Origin: Paecilomyces variotii
Lineage: Eukaryota
DNA: 64,000 nt
Reading direction: 5' to 3' (one strand)
NCBI GenBank assembly: GCA_004022145.1
Contig: RCNU01000001.1
A model generated the notes under the pieces. The model saw only the letters and a program-made list of their open reading frames with translations. It had not been told where the DNA came from and made no database searches. Shown piece after piece: positions 50,101 to 63,316 of this stretch (position 1 is its first letter; every line of letters starts with the position of its first letter). A program made the translations under genes and the position numbers.

Positions 50101-51638
50101 AGGACATAGACCTAAGATCGCTACCCATGCGGAGTTCGGACCATGGGTGAGAAAGCATGGCATTGACTTTGCCCCCATCGAGGGAGATCCTGCAGAGCTG
50201 ATGCGTATTTGTGTCGAGAATGGGATGTTTACTTATTCCTTTCTGAAGGAAGCATCGCTTAAGTTCCGTGGCTGGATTGACGATCTTCTATCGTCGGCGT
50301 GGGCCAGTTGCCAGGACAGTGATCTCCTCATCGAATCTCCCAGCGCAATGGCTGGAATCCATATTGCGGAAGCCCTTCGGATCCCCTACTTCCGCGCTTT
50401 CACAATGCCTTGGTCGCGAACCCGTGCGTATCCTCATGCCTTCGCGGTGCCTGAGCACAAAATGGGTGGTGCTTACAACTATATCACCTATGTCATGTTC
50501 GACAACGTCTTCTGGAAGGCCATCGCAGGCCAAGTCAACCGCTGGAGGAAGAATGAACTCGGTCTCCGGGGAACAAACTTGGATAAGATGCAGCCAAATA
50601 AGGTCCCATTCCTCTACAATTTTTCTCCTTCTGTCGTTCCGCCGCCTCTCGACTTCCCAGACTGGATCCGCATTACCGGCTACTGGTTTTTGAACGAAGG
50701 CGACGATTGGCAAGCTCCACGCGAACTCACCGACTTTATCCAGCGTGCCCGTGCGGATGGCAAGAAGCTCGTCTACATCGGCTTTGGGTCTATCGTGGTA
50801 TCTGATCCGGCTGCCCTTACAAGGACAGTCGTGGAATCGGTTCAGAAGGCCGATGTCCGCTGCATTTTGTCAAAGGGATGGTCTGACCGTCTAGGCGATC
50901 CGGCGAGCACAAAGTCAGAGATCCCTCTGCCACCAGAGATCCACCAGATCCAGTCCGCTCCGCATGACTGGCTATTTTCTCAGATGGACGCTGTCGCGCA
51001 TCATGGGGGAGCAGGAACCACAGGCGCCAGCTTGAGGGCTGGCGTACCCACGATAGTCAAGCCCTTTTTCGGTGACCAATTTTTCTTCGGCACACGGATT
51101 GAAGACCTTGGCGTGGGTATCTGTATGAAGAGGCTGAATGTAAGCGTGTTCTCGAGAGCTTTGTGGGAGGCGACGCATAGCGAGCGAATGATTGTGAAGG
51201 CGAGAATGCTGGGCGAGCAGATCCGCAGCGTAAGTTCGCCCTTACGGTTTATTTCTCTGAGGATTTTTACTGACGTGTGAGTAGGAGGACGGAGTAGGTA
51301 CTGCCATCCAGGCTATTTACCGCGATCTGGAATATGCCAAGACACTTGCTCGCCAGCGTTCTATTGCATCTGCGACCCCCTTCTCTCCAGTTGCCAAGAA
51401 GGAGGAGATTACTGAGCCGACCATTGATGACGACGACGTGGCTGATAGCGAGGAGTGGACGTTCGTCGGTGACGATACCGATATTGATATTTCTAAGAGA
51501 ATGCGAGATCGAGAAGAGACAGATCCTGATTTGCCCCCACCCGCTCTTTGCTCGCATGGGAGTTCGAGTCCCGCCCGGACTGTGCAATCTGATGCCAGTA
51601 TTAGCCGGAGGAGACACGATATGAGAGCGGAAGCTTGA
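47169..51638 (+). CDS. ATG26: Sterol 3-beta-glucosyltransferase (GRAM-PH-GRAM-GT1)
   Basis: Introns 48510-48565 and 51230-51284; PH/GRAM regions; [49 protein letters not shown]. Confidence 0.96.
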
Positions 51639-52428
51639 TTGTGCGACTTCCACTCATCTGATCTATTATTAATGCTTTGTATGATGTTGATGACCACCCC
51701 CTTCTCATTATATGGTCTGCCGAGATTCAAGCTCTTTTACGTGATTCTTTGATGTGTTTCTAATTCCGGTGCCACATGTCCCACCATAATCATCTTCCTT
51801 TTCCTTTCCACATGTGGTTGGGCGTTCAAGCTTTGGACTCTATGGAGAAAGCGGGTTGGGTGATGTTGATAGAGGCAAGCGTGCAATATCCCTTGCATTA
51901 TCTTCTCTCACGGCCTTTTCCCCAGAATGATATGATTCACGACCTCCATTTAAGCTTTGTGTTTCATTCCACTTGTCTGACAGCTTGAAGGTTGCTATGC
52001 TTAGCCGATCATGTTATTGCTTTGTTTTTTCTTTCATATCTTTGGGCGACTGGGGAATAAGGTACTCTATATACCAATACATTTCAGATTTCCGTGGTTA
52101 TCAAGTGGATGGTGTTTTGTAGATGCTGTGGCATTGGGGCATCTGCATAGACAGATGATACCATGTGTTATTGTCTTTGTCTTGTTCATGGGACAGATCC
52201 ATAATATTACTCGAACTGAGATCGGAGACCGTTGTAGGCGCTCTATTAGACGTAACTGAACTGGAAAGGTAAGCAAGCTTGTGACTAGCCGTTCTCGTGC
52301 TTGATTACGACTTTTCCTAGCTGCATCTGATTAACCCACTTGATGGACTTCAGAGATATCAACCCGTTTCGTACATGGACATGTTAGAAGGATATTCTAT
52401 TATAGGACATAGTTATTACTACGGTATC

Positions 52429-54016
52429 TTATAAAGCAGCACCATCCTTTTTCTCAGCGAATCCCCGATCTTGTAACTCATCGGCGCCAGCGTCCGGGAC
52501 AGTTACGGAAGATATCGATTCCGCGTACTTTTCAACGGCATCGTCTAAACGGCCATAGGCACGGGGATTGCGCTTCGGTTGACCCGGTCCAGAGGCGGGG
52601 AGTTGGTAGCCGCGGAGTCTGTGTATATAATATTAGTTCTGTCTTTTTTTTTTTTCTCTTTTGTTGTTGAAGGGAACTGTCCGGCAGGAAGGGAACATAC
52701 CTAGGTCCTGTACCCGTTTGTCGCGGTAATTCTGATTCATATATTCGTGAAAAGGTCCTTATGTCTTCATCAAAAGTGGCTTTTTCGATGCTATTCCTGA
52801 TAGCAGCGAAGAATAAGTCTATGGTGTGAAAATTGTGGATCTGGATGAGTGTCCATGCGAGCATCTCTTTGGCTGATAGGAGATGTCGGATGTATGCTCG
52901 GTGGTGTTTCGTGCAGGTGTAGCATTGGCAATTGGGGGTGATTGGAGAGAGGTCTGTGGTATGTGATGGTGACCACATGTCGAAAGCTAGAGGTCGTGGT
53001 GGTGGTGTCGATGGGGGAGATGCAGGAGCAGGGAAAGTAAAGTCCAGCGCGATGCCGCCGTCAGTGGCTGCGCTGAGGAAGGGGATCGTCACGAGGTCTG
53101 CACCTAGGGAAATATCTCGTAGGATATCGTGAGGTGTCTTGTACTCGCTGAGGGAGAGTCTGGGCAGATCGCCAAGTTCCTCGGGGACGATGGACAAGGA
53201 GGCTGAGTCGTATAGAGCCAGGCCTGAGATTCGCGGCCGCAGGTCCTCGGCCAGGTCCTGGAGGTATAGTTGCTGCTGGGTATTCTCCAGCGGCAATACC
53301 GGGGCGAAATATAGCGCCTTGTCTCGGGCCTCTGGTGCAACCCAGTCGCCGTATAACCGCTCTGTCGCATCCCTGGTATATGCATGGGTTCGATCGACCA
53401 TCTTCATCCGCCTCTTCGCACCGGGTTTGGCACCCAGCACGAGATCCGACAATCCGATCGCAATGTCCGGTCGTAGTTTCTGGATCGCCTCGATATACTG
53501 ACCAGCCTCGAGCTGCCGGAACCCAACCGACGTCATGATGGAGATGGAGTTCTCCGTGTTTGATGTCGGGCACACGATGGGCGGGATTCGTCGGGGTCCC
53601 AGGACCAACAGTACATCCTTCGGAAACGCGATGAATTTTCGAAGCGGGGATTCATGCGCTGCAGTGGGCAGCTTGTAAACGGGGCTTTCATGGTGGGCTT
53701 TCTGGAGGACTAATCTAGGCCGCGCATGGCGGTTGTGTCAGTCTCTCAATGCAACTGTAGATAATAATAAGTACAGGGATTCACACATACAGTCTTCCAG
53801 TCCGATATAGATACTGTCAATCTTCACATGGTCTCTCATCACATCGTGAGCGACGTGCGGGACTGTACCCCGCGACGTGATCGGGACATAATGCGGCGTC
53901 CGCTGAGGTTTTCGACCCGCGATATTCAGACAGCCCAGTCGAGGGGCTAAGATCGAGGGTCCTGACGGGTTCAGGAGGCTGAAGCTGGACTGCTGGGACA
54001 GGGTCTCGAGGCCCAT
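52429..54016 (-). CDS. QTRT2: Queuine tRNA-ribosyltransferase accessory subunit (QTRT2/QTRTD1)
   Basis: Introns 53790-53710 and 52700-52619; PRLG..TPHYVPITSRGTVPH; GADL; Zn site CQCYTC..HHRAYIRHLL.AKEMLAWTLIQIHN. Confidence 0.88.
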
Positions 54017-54264
54017 GTCTGCGTCGTGGGTTTTCGTTCGGTTTCAGATCGCCGGCGAGCAAATAAGTATTACTTACAGGAAGATCTCCGGATCTCCACC
54101 GCTGCAGGGCTTAAGAACCTTCTGAGACGAACGAACTGCTGCTCGCAACAGCCCCCTTCTTCTTCTTCAAGCTCTCCCTCGTTTCTCAATCGATATTTTC
54201 TTGCTCGGTGGATTCAGAGGTATTTTCTAGCAGATATACAAATTTACCAGACTGTGTACGTGCG

Positions 54265-55052
54265 ATGGCGCAGGAGGGATTTGACAGCGAAAAAGGTCGC
54301 CGCGGGGCTCTCATCGTTGTCGAAGGTCTGGACCGCGCGGGGAAATCCAGTCAATGCGAGCTGCTGTTGCACAATCTGCAGACATTGGGCCATCAGGCCA
54401 AATATATTCGATTCCCAGGTACGCAGAATAGCCTCTTCTGGGCAATGAAAAACTTCGTTGCGAGCTGGAGATCTAGACTAGCTAATTCACCTCCGCAGAT
54501 CGAAATACACCTATTGGAAAGCTCATAGATGGCTATCTAAGGGGCCAGTCGCACCTGGATGACCACTCCATCCACCTGTTATTCTCTGCAAATAGATGGG
54601 AGGTTGCTCCAACGATTCAGGAGCTCATTGCAGACGGGGTCACTGTCATAGTTGACCGCTACTCATACTCAGGAGCTGTCTACTCGGCCGCTAAGCGCAA
54701 TCCCAATCTGTCGATTCAGTGGGCATGGCAGCCTGAGGTTGGTCTGCCTCGTCCGGACCTTTGTCTCTTTCTAAGTATCTCGCCCATCGAAGCTGCGAAG
54801 CGCGGTGGCTTTGGTCTAGAACGGTATGAGACCGACACGATGCAGAAGCGTGTACGGGATTTGTTCCAGTCTCTCCTCGAACTGCCACACAACGACGAGA
54901 TCTGTGTCATTGATGCAGGGAGACCATTCAACGAAGTAGCCCAGGATATCCTGGAACCTGTGCTGGAGTGTATGAAAAATGTCGACTCCATCGGCCCTCT
55001 CAGGAGACTAGGTCCGTGGTCTTTCATCCCCAGCGGTGAGAGTTCCACATGA
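54265..55052 (+). CDS. CDC8: Thymidylate kinase
   Basis: P-loop RGALIVVEGLDRAGKSSQ; intron 54419-54498 (RFP|DRNTPIG); HLLFSANRWE; VDRYSYSG; GLPRPD; ERYE. Confidence 0.96.
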
Positions 55053-55098
55053 CACTACAGTCTGCGTATAAGTGAACCCGTCTGCACCTGCGATTGGT

Positions 55099-56391
55099 TT
55101 AGTCTATGATCTCTGGTTCATCACAATCGCTGTCCTGGATCACGATCTCGACTCGAGTCTGTGCTGCCTTGGACTGGTTCTCCAACTGGCTATTGGTCTC
55201 CAAGTCGGACTCGTCGACGTCGAATACATCTACCCAACTATCGTCCAGCGGCTCATCATCCTGATCATATTCGCCATAAACACTCTCCCCGTATTCACCA
55301 CCATTGGAATTCATCTGATCGTCAACTGGAGGCTGAGAGAGTCTTTGCTCGTTGCGACCGGTTCTAGCATTGCCTTTCTTTGCGGGTCGTCCGGTTCGCT
55401 CCCTGTGGGGTTTGTGATCGCTCTCTCCTCGGCTGCGCAGAGTTAGCTCTTTCATCAGCATAGGCCATTGAACGGTCTCCTCGCAAGCAACACAGGTACC
55501 CTCCAACGGTAACATTTGGTCTGGCTCTCCTGACTCTTGGAGAAATCGGTTGGACAGACAAAGCAGATGAGAAGTGCTGCGACAGCTGGGCGCTGGACAC
55601 ACGACGATCATCTGATCCTTCACTTGCAGCAGTTCTTTGCATACGCCACAATGAATATTTTGAGAGTCATCTAGCACCGTTCTCGCCTTCTCTAGATAGC
55701 TTCTCATGCTATTGTAGCTACTATCCACAGCCGCCGCATTTCGGATGCTGCCACCATCCTGCGGAGATATAATTTCTACGTTATCCGGGATGAGACCATC
55801 CACTCTGTCGGACCACCCCTGCCATACCCGGTAAACGTCCTTCGAGAAGAAGCGGACCTTCAGGGGCCAGGTGCGGAAGTATGTAGATCGGAGCAGGACA
55901 TGTAAATCGCCCAGGTGGCTAGCCAAGGATGCCCTTGTCTTGGGCTCACCCTGGGATGTCTTGACCTTTGACTTGGGATCGATGCGTCCACGGCTCTGGT
56001 GGGTTGCGTTGCGTTCTCCACGATTAACATGTCTGCATTTGACTGTATGCTGCCACGACCATCTGCATGTCATCAGTTCGGTAACGCCTTGAGAATTGGG
56101 ATCCGTATCGAGGGCGCGGGTATATCCATCGACGCATATATGACGCACTTACTCAAACTGCAAAGCTCCAGTCCGGCTCATGAATCCCTCCACTATCATT
56201 ACCATCTCCCAGGGCCTCAGGTTTGCTGTCCGCTTGGCTCCTCCGTTGGTGATGCCATTGTGCTGAGCGAGTCGCCTTCGTGGATTGGGAGTCGATCCGA
56301 TGTAGAGCTTCCCGCGGTTCACCGTCGAGCGTAGGAGGTAACAACAGTAGAAGGCTGGAATGGGCTTGGTGCTGTCAATCTGCGCGTCCAT
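55099..56391 (-). CDS. SLX1: Structure-specific endonuclease Slx1 (GIY-YIG plus C-terminal zinc finger)
   Basis: [38 protein letters not shown]; intron 56152-56063 (ALQFE|WSWQH); CGVC..CPAPSC..H..C..CVAC. Confidence 0.95.
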
Positions 56392-57496
56392 AGCTGTTTC
56401 TGAAAACTCCAGCGCTGGTTATTGTCAGAATGTCGAGGCTGAGCAGCAGCAGTCTCTCACGATGGAGCTGCACCAACCGTGGAGAAGATGGCCTTTAGAA
56501 GCTCTACTGAATAATGAACAGACGCTCACACCACCAGTGGAGGTCGAAGATGGAAATTCTCACCACTTTCGACTAAGTATCGTTATCGTTTATCGTCTCC
56601 AACGCGACGGATCGCGTCCGGGGAAGAACCCACCGCGCTATCACGTGATAGTACTAGAGTGACTCTGGAACAATAATGCGCCAACAGTCTCTGGATCAAT
56701 AATACATTTCAATATGTATTCTACGATAGAGAGAGATCTAGACAGTGATCGACGCAGGAGCGTTATGCACATCGACTACCGCTAAACTGGGGTTCGACGA
56801 GCTTCTGTGTCTGTCCCGATTCTCCATGGATACGAAGAGGGGAAATCGACACGAATAAATGTCTCTCTGATGGTAACATTGCAGATCCGATCAGTCCAAT
56901 TCCGGACGCTGGCTTATCTAACACAAGCAACAAGAGCATTTTATCGAGTAATATTATACTATTAATATTATATTAACTGGAAAGGCCGACCAAAACACAT
57001 GAACTAGGGCTGGCACGGTCAGATGACCCCGGTGTTGCCATCCTTGAACGCCCCGACTTTCTTCCGCTTCTGCTTCACCAGATTCAACTCGACTTGACGA
57101 TTTTATCAGTTAGGCTATGGTGCTCTCTCTCTCCAGCAGAGACATCCAGAAGAGACCCAGAAACCTACTGGGTATCAGTTCCAAAGGCGATGGACGAACG
57201 CAAGCCCGTTGTTACTTTGGAGTCATCATGATCCAATGCCGGATCTGAGTTGCGGCCCTATGTTCCTATGTCGGACAACAACCGGCTGCCCGCGAGTTTC
57301 CATCGAGTAATGCGAGGCCTGACGATAAGCCGGACGGAGAACACACGCGGGTGAAGATTATTGTTGGTGTTCCTGACGATGCTTGTCCGTGCGATCGCCA
57401 ACGGGGATCGAGCTTGGCGGTTAAAGGCCCAATCGCTTCTTTTTGATCTGGAACCTTGACGATTTCTAGTCTAGCCCACGTCGACTCTGCGGACCG

Positions 57497-57510
57497 TCGG
57501 AGGTGCCCGA
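57497..57510. promoter_or_regulatory. Putative UaY binding site TCGG-N6-CCGA upstream of allantoinase
   Basis: TCGGaggtgcCCGA, ~1.08 kb upstream of the allantoinase ATG; several GATA cores lie between 58080 and 58520. Confidence 0.55.
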
Positions 57511-58586
57511 TGATGGAGTCTTGCTGGGACTGCGCTACAGTTGGACTACAGACTATTTCCATGCGGCCAGCTCATCGATCTTATTCGATTGCTATCGAGT
57601 AATAAAAACGGCCCTTAGTACGATTACTCGAGACTTACCTCTCGGTTGCCATCTCGGCTGCCGGAAAAACGGATGGCACGGACAGAGACTAAGTATGGTA
57701 TTCGCCTTCTGCATACAGTACACCACGAGACCTCGACTGGCTGCCAGAAAGGGCAAACCTGATGGTATCCCCGATGCATTCCAGTCTGTATTGGGGCCTG
57801 TACTCCAGGCTTACTCCTAATATACTAACTAGCGGGGGTGCGTGAAAGATGGGCTTCCCCGGCAAGCCAGGCGCCAAATGCCCCAGGACCCAGCGTTGGA
57901 AGGCGTGAAACCCCTCCTGGCGGTATGGGAGTCTAATTGTCTTCTGGAACTCCCTAGGGTTTAGCAGATCCCGAGAGGAAAATCGGCGATGGCGGAGACT
58001 ACTGATGTTGTCCCTCTCGCCTTCGTTGTCACCCGTGGGACGCGGTGGACCCGCAAAGATGGCCACGGCCGCGGCGATTTTATCTCTCCAAATAGTGCCC
58101 TGTGGCCTCCCCTTTCGCGGGGCCGGAAGGGAGGCTGGCTTGAATTTGGCTCTTCAGGAACAGACTTATCAATCGTCTGGTCCCGTAAGTTATTATTATT
58201 ATTTCTGTTTCTTTTTCTTCCGTCCATATCTGGTACTTTGGCTTCATTATCTGGCGGGCTTACGGGATCCACCCAGAATCCTTATCAGCGTACACTCTGT
58301 GAGCCCGATAAGCCACTCCCTGTACTCAGCACCCTCGGAGACTTCGAATTCTCTCTCTTCCCGTTGTCTTCAGTGCAGTATCATATACATTGTCTGTTTC
58401 CATTGCTTCCATCAAGCCGTTCTGGACCCTGGGCGCCGGTGGCAACCTAGTACTATATCTCTTTATCTTTAAGCGCTTAACTCAGACCCGCCGCCGCGAG
58501 CGCCAGATCAGATAGCTTGATCGCAGCACGATTTACCCCGGACTCCAGGTTGGAACCCACTAAGGAGACAGGACCCTGCTGGCGCA

Positions 58587-60238
58587 ATGAGTGCAACTAT
58601 CAACGGTGAATCCACCAACCCACCAATCGTGGTGGCTTCATCCCGCGCCGTCATATCAGGGTGTTTGACGCCGGCCACAGTGGTCATCTCTCGCGAGACG
58701 GGCAAAGTGACCTCGGTCTTCTACTCAGTCCTCCCCGCCTCTGGTTTCCCTGATGGCACGCAGTACACAGACTACTCTCCCCTTGTTCTGCTGCCTGGTC
58801 TGGTGGATGCACATGTGCATCTCAACGAGCCTGGCCGTACTGAATGGGAAGGTTTCTACACCGGCACCCAGGCTGCCGCCTTTGGTGGTGTGACCACGGT
58901 CATTGATATGCCCCTGAATGCAATTCCGCCAACAACGACGGTTGCCGGGCTGAAGGAGAAAGTGAAGGCCGCTCAGGGGCAATGCTGGGTGGATGTTGGT
59001 TTCTACGGTGGCATTATCCCCGGAAATGCTCATGAGCTGAAAGGCCTTGTGAACGAAGGAGTCCGAGGATTCAAGGGATTCCTAATTGATAGTGGAGTAC
59101 GTTCAAGGACAATGAATCTACAATAAGACAAAGTACTGACATGTTCCAGGTTGAGGAATTTCCGGCTGTTACCGCAGCGGATATCAGGAAGGTCATGGCT
59201 GAATTGGCCGATGAGCCTACCACGCTGATGTTCCACGCAGAAATGGTACCTCCCATCACCGCGTCCGTTGGTGATGAAGTGCAGACGTCTGAACCGCCTG
59301 CTGCACCAGAGGGGCCCCTTCAGGCCTATTCCACATTCCTGGCTTCTCGTCCAGCGGCATTTGAGACGTACGCTATTGAGGAGATTCTATCACTCGCGCA
59401 TCTTGCCCCTAAACTTCCTTTGCACATAGTCCACCTTTCTGCAATGGAAGCCATCCCGTTGCTGCGCGAGGCCCGTGCTAAAGGGATCCCAATCACTGCG
59501 GAGACCTGCTTTCACTACCTTTCACTCGCCGCAGAGGAGATTCGCGACGGTGATACTCGACACAAGTGTTGCCCGCCCATCCGTTCCCAGGCGAACCAGG
59601 ATCGCCTCTGGGCAGAGCTTGAGCGCCATGCAACTGATGGTGTCATCAAGACAGTAGTCTCTGACCACTCTCCTTGCACGCCTGACCTCAAGTTGCTTCC
59701 GTCCCATATCTCTGGTCATTGCTCCTCCGCTAGTTCGTCGGCGACAGCGACACCTTCTGCCACCAGCAGTGTCTCTGACCTTGGCACCACCCTAGACCCT
59801 GAGCACGATGGAAACTTCTTCTCCGCCTGGGGCGGTATTTCTTCTGTTGGTCTCGGTCTGCCTATCTTGTGGACAGAGTTGAACCGGAGGAAGAAGCTGG
59901 ACGCTTCTAGCGAGGCTACCAGGGATGCTCTTGAGAATATTGTACGGTGGTGCTGCATCAACACTGCAACTCAAGTCGGGCTTCAGAAGCGAAAGGGCGA
60001 TCTTACCGGCGGCTGTGACGCTGATATCTGCGTCTTTGATGACAGCGTCGAGTGGATCGTGGAGCCGAGCACCATGCTCTTCCGCAACAAGTGCTCTCCG
60101 TACCAGGGCAGGATGCTCAAGGGAATGGTGCGGGAGACTTGGGTTCGTGGTAAGCGCGTCTTCAGTCGTGAGGAGGGCTTCGGGAAGAACATTCCATCTG
60201 GAAAGCTGCTTCTTGAGAAAAGATCCCTGGCTCCTTGA
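58587..60238 (+). CDS. DAL1: Allantoinase
   Basis: [40 protein letters not shown]; intron 59097-59149 (FLIDSG|VEEF); [37 protein letters not shown]. Confidence 0.96.
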
Positions 60239-60920
60239 GGAGTCCCACCACATTGATTTCTCTTTTTATGTTCGATATCTTTTTCAAGGTTCCGTGTGTC
60301 TGTTTGAACCAGCGGATATGAGTCCCATGTTGCCTTCATTTATCATTGATGTCTTTCATCATAGCATGCGCCTGCTGGGTTCTGGAGTATGTGATTTGTT
60401 TGTTGCCTGCTGCCGTCTTTTAAGCATGTTCTTTGGCAAGATTCTCATGATGATGCTAGATAGAGTACGCCTTGGACATAGATGTCGTGGAGTTTGACGT
60501 GATACGGTCATGCCGACTGCGATGGCGGGAAAGAAGTATATAATTCTAATGTCCAGTGATGGTCAATTTCCAGATATTATAGCATAGTTACAGAATTGAA
60601 ATTCGAAGTTGAACTTGAAATTTGATAGATCAGTGGCTACGTTATCCGCACCATCTCCACCGGACTACAAGAGCGGGTGGACCAAATGAAGGCATGCAAA
60701 TATTCCTATCTGAATCAATCTTCACATGGAATTTTCTGTACTTGGTTCTAAAGCAGATCTTCAAATGGTAACTATGAAATCACCACATACACTGCGGTAT
60801 CGACCCAAACGCAGTGGATCTAATCTAGTATTGTCTCTGTTACTGAAGTAGGGAAAATGCTGTCTATTCTCTACAGAAAAAGAAGGCTAAAGCATACATA
60901 GTAATCTACAAAAAGCACAA

Positions 60921-62011
60921 TCACTCAACTCTCTGCTCATCTGAATCCTTCTCCTTATCCTTTTCTCTCTCTTCCCATCTTTCTCTCACCCTTCTTCTCA
61001 TTCCACCATTCACGCCTCTTCCCCAGATCTCCTCCTTCTCCATCTGACTTCCAACATCCACTATCTTCTCCGGCTGTGGTTCCCCCCCCTCTTCAACAGG
61101 ACCGACCAATTCCTTCTTCTCCTGGACTTTCCTCTCTCGTTTCCGCGCATCATCTACTTTTCGCAGATAAATCGCGTATAACACCACTTCCGCAATTCCA
61201 ATAAACAGCCCTGCGAACAAAGAGACCAAAACCCGAACAGGCTGCGATGCCGTGCCCACACCTGATGCAAAGCCCGAACCTCGTTTCGTAGCAAAGGTTA
61301 AAAAACCCGGAGTGCGGTAATTGCTCAGTGCCCAGTATGAGCTGAAGCCGGTAAGGAGGATGGAGAGGAAGATGTTAAGGACGAGGGAAGGTGTGAGGGG
61401 ATCGTAATCGGCGTTTGTAGAGGTGTTGTCTTGGAGAGCGGTGACGTTTGAAGAGGAAAAGATGGGGTCAGGTTGAGGTGTTTTTGAAGATGTGGAATAT
61501 AGCATGCGGTTATAAGCATCGGCTTCTGCGGCGGCTTGGAGACGGGCTTTGAGAGCGAGGTATTCGGGACTCTGGGATGGAGGTTAGAACTTGGGAGGGG
61601 GGTATAATGATTTATGTTGTGTTTTTTAGGAAATCGTTGCAGATAACCTACCGGTGCTGGCTTCGGTGGTGGAGGTGGGATATAGATTTTAGTCCCGCGA
61701 AGAAGGGAATTGAGCGTATAAGCTGCTGCAGGGTTGAAGTTGAATCTTCCTTGCTCCTGCGAGCTCAGAGGCTTTCCATCCTCCTCCGCATTGCTCCCTT
61801 CTTTCTTGTCCTCCTCTTCCTCCTCTCGGGTAGTCTTTGGCATCTGCTCTCCATCTCCGCGTGTATACCAACGCGCCAGCGCAATCAGCTGTTCATGGGA
61901 TATGGGACCATCCAGCGCAGGAGACTTGGGGAGGTCGAGAGTCTCGCGACATGCGGACGGAACCGCCTCGAGCGCGGAGAGGATGGTCGGAGTCGTTACG
62001 AGAAGAACCAT
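60921..62011 (-). CDS. VMA12: V-ATPase assembly factor Vma12/Vph2 (TMEM199) family
   Basis: LNSLLRGTKIYIPPPPPKP|SPEYLALKARL..Y.RM (intron 61651-61572); two TM helices, the second ending GIAEVVLYAIYLRKV. Confidence 0.85.
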
Positions 62012-62365
62012 ACCCTGGCCATATCATTAAAAACGGATTAAGAAAAAGAAAAAACAAAGAGAAGATCCAAAATATAAACTTGAAAGTTGGGGTTGTTGTG
62101 CAATGAGTTAGTTAGTAGTTAGGACAAGAGTTCAAGAGAAGAGATGTCATTCCATGGTCTTTTCCCGAAGAGGAAACCCAGCTCTTGATCTCTCCACCAC
62201 CGAAACTCACGCTGGAAACTCCGAACCCCTCAGCGTCTGCGTTCGACTTCTGGTAACAACAAAACGCAAACCCCCACCAGAGCATCCAATGTCACCTGCC
62301 TGAGAGCCGACCTGAATTGGCCCTGCTCTACTGGGCAGTGAAATAATCAAGAAATAAAATCAAAT

Positions 62366-63316
62366 ATGGCCGACAAAACGCCCGCGGCGTAAGTCGCTCT
62401 CTATCTTTATTCACTTTCCCCGCGCTATTCCTCCTGAAATCCACTGACAAGCTCCAACTGCAACCAGTGCGCAAGCGCAGACCAATCCACGCGGAATTCC
62501 AGTCGCTCCCTTCGTCGACAATGTGTCAGATTACGTCTCGTCTCGCGCGGACGTCGAGCCCACACTCCGCTCGTTCCAGGAAATGATTGCAAAGTATCAG
62601 TTCATGGAAGTAAACACGCAGCGACGGGCAGCGGGGTTACGGGAAAAGATTCCGGATATCAAGAAGACATCAGAGACTGTGAAGTTCTTGAAGTTGCGCA
62701 GGAAGGTGAGATTGCGTCTTCTTTGCCCCATACCATATATCTCTGGTCCAGTTGGAGCTGGAGATAATATACTATTCACACGCACAGAGGGGAATGTTAT
62801 ATATTTATATCCATGGACATCATTACTGAGCTGTTACTTTTACCCACCCAGGCTGGATCAGAAGAACCTCTCCTTACCAACTTCGAGCTCAACGACACCC
62901 TCTATGCTCGCGCGACTGTCTCCCCTGCCGACACTGAAGAGGTGTATCTCTGGCTTGGTGCCAACGTGATGCTGGCATACCCACTTGATGAGGCTGAGAC
63001 TATGCTGGAAGAGAAGCTCCGTGCCGCAGAGTCAAGCTTGAAGAACTGCGAGGAGGATTTGGAGTTCCTGAGGGAACAGATCACGGTACGTTAAAACCCT
63101 CCCGAACACACATACACAACGCATGATATTCGACTTTTATAGTCTGGATAGACATCCCCAACAAGACAAAAAAAACTAACAATAATCAATAAAATCTAGA
63201 CCCTTGAAGTTGCGACCGCGCGCGTATATAATTGGGATGTCGTACAGAGACGGAAAGAGAAAGCAGAAGGCAAGGGCGGAGACGATGAAGATGTTAAGGC
63301 TGGTCCGGCCGGTTAG
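62366..63316 (+). CDS. PAC10: Prefoldin subunit 3 (Pac10/Gim2/VBP1)
   Basis: Introns 62389-62467, 62706-62851, 63086-63199; NPRGIPVAPFVDNV, KYQFME, FELNDTLYARA, VYLWLGANVMLAY, FLREQIT|TLEVATARVYNWDV. Confidence 0.95.

Noticed and set aside
59925-60497. 190-aa + ORF and minus ORFs overlapping the allantoinase end
   Set aside because: Alternative-frame overlaps with a well-supported CDS and its 3' UTR.
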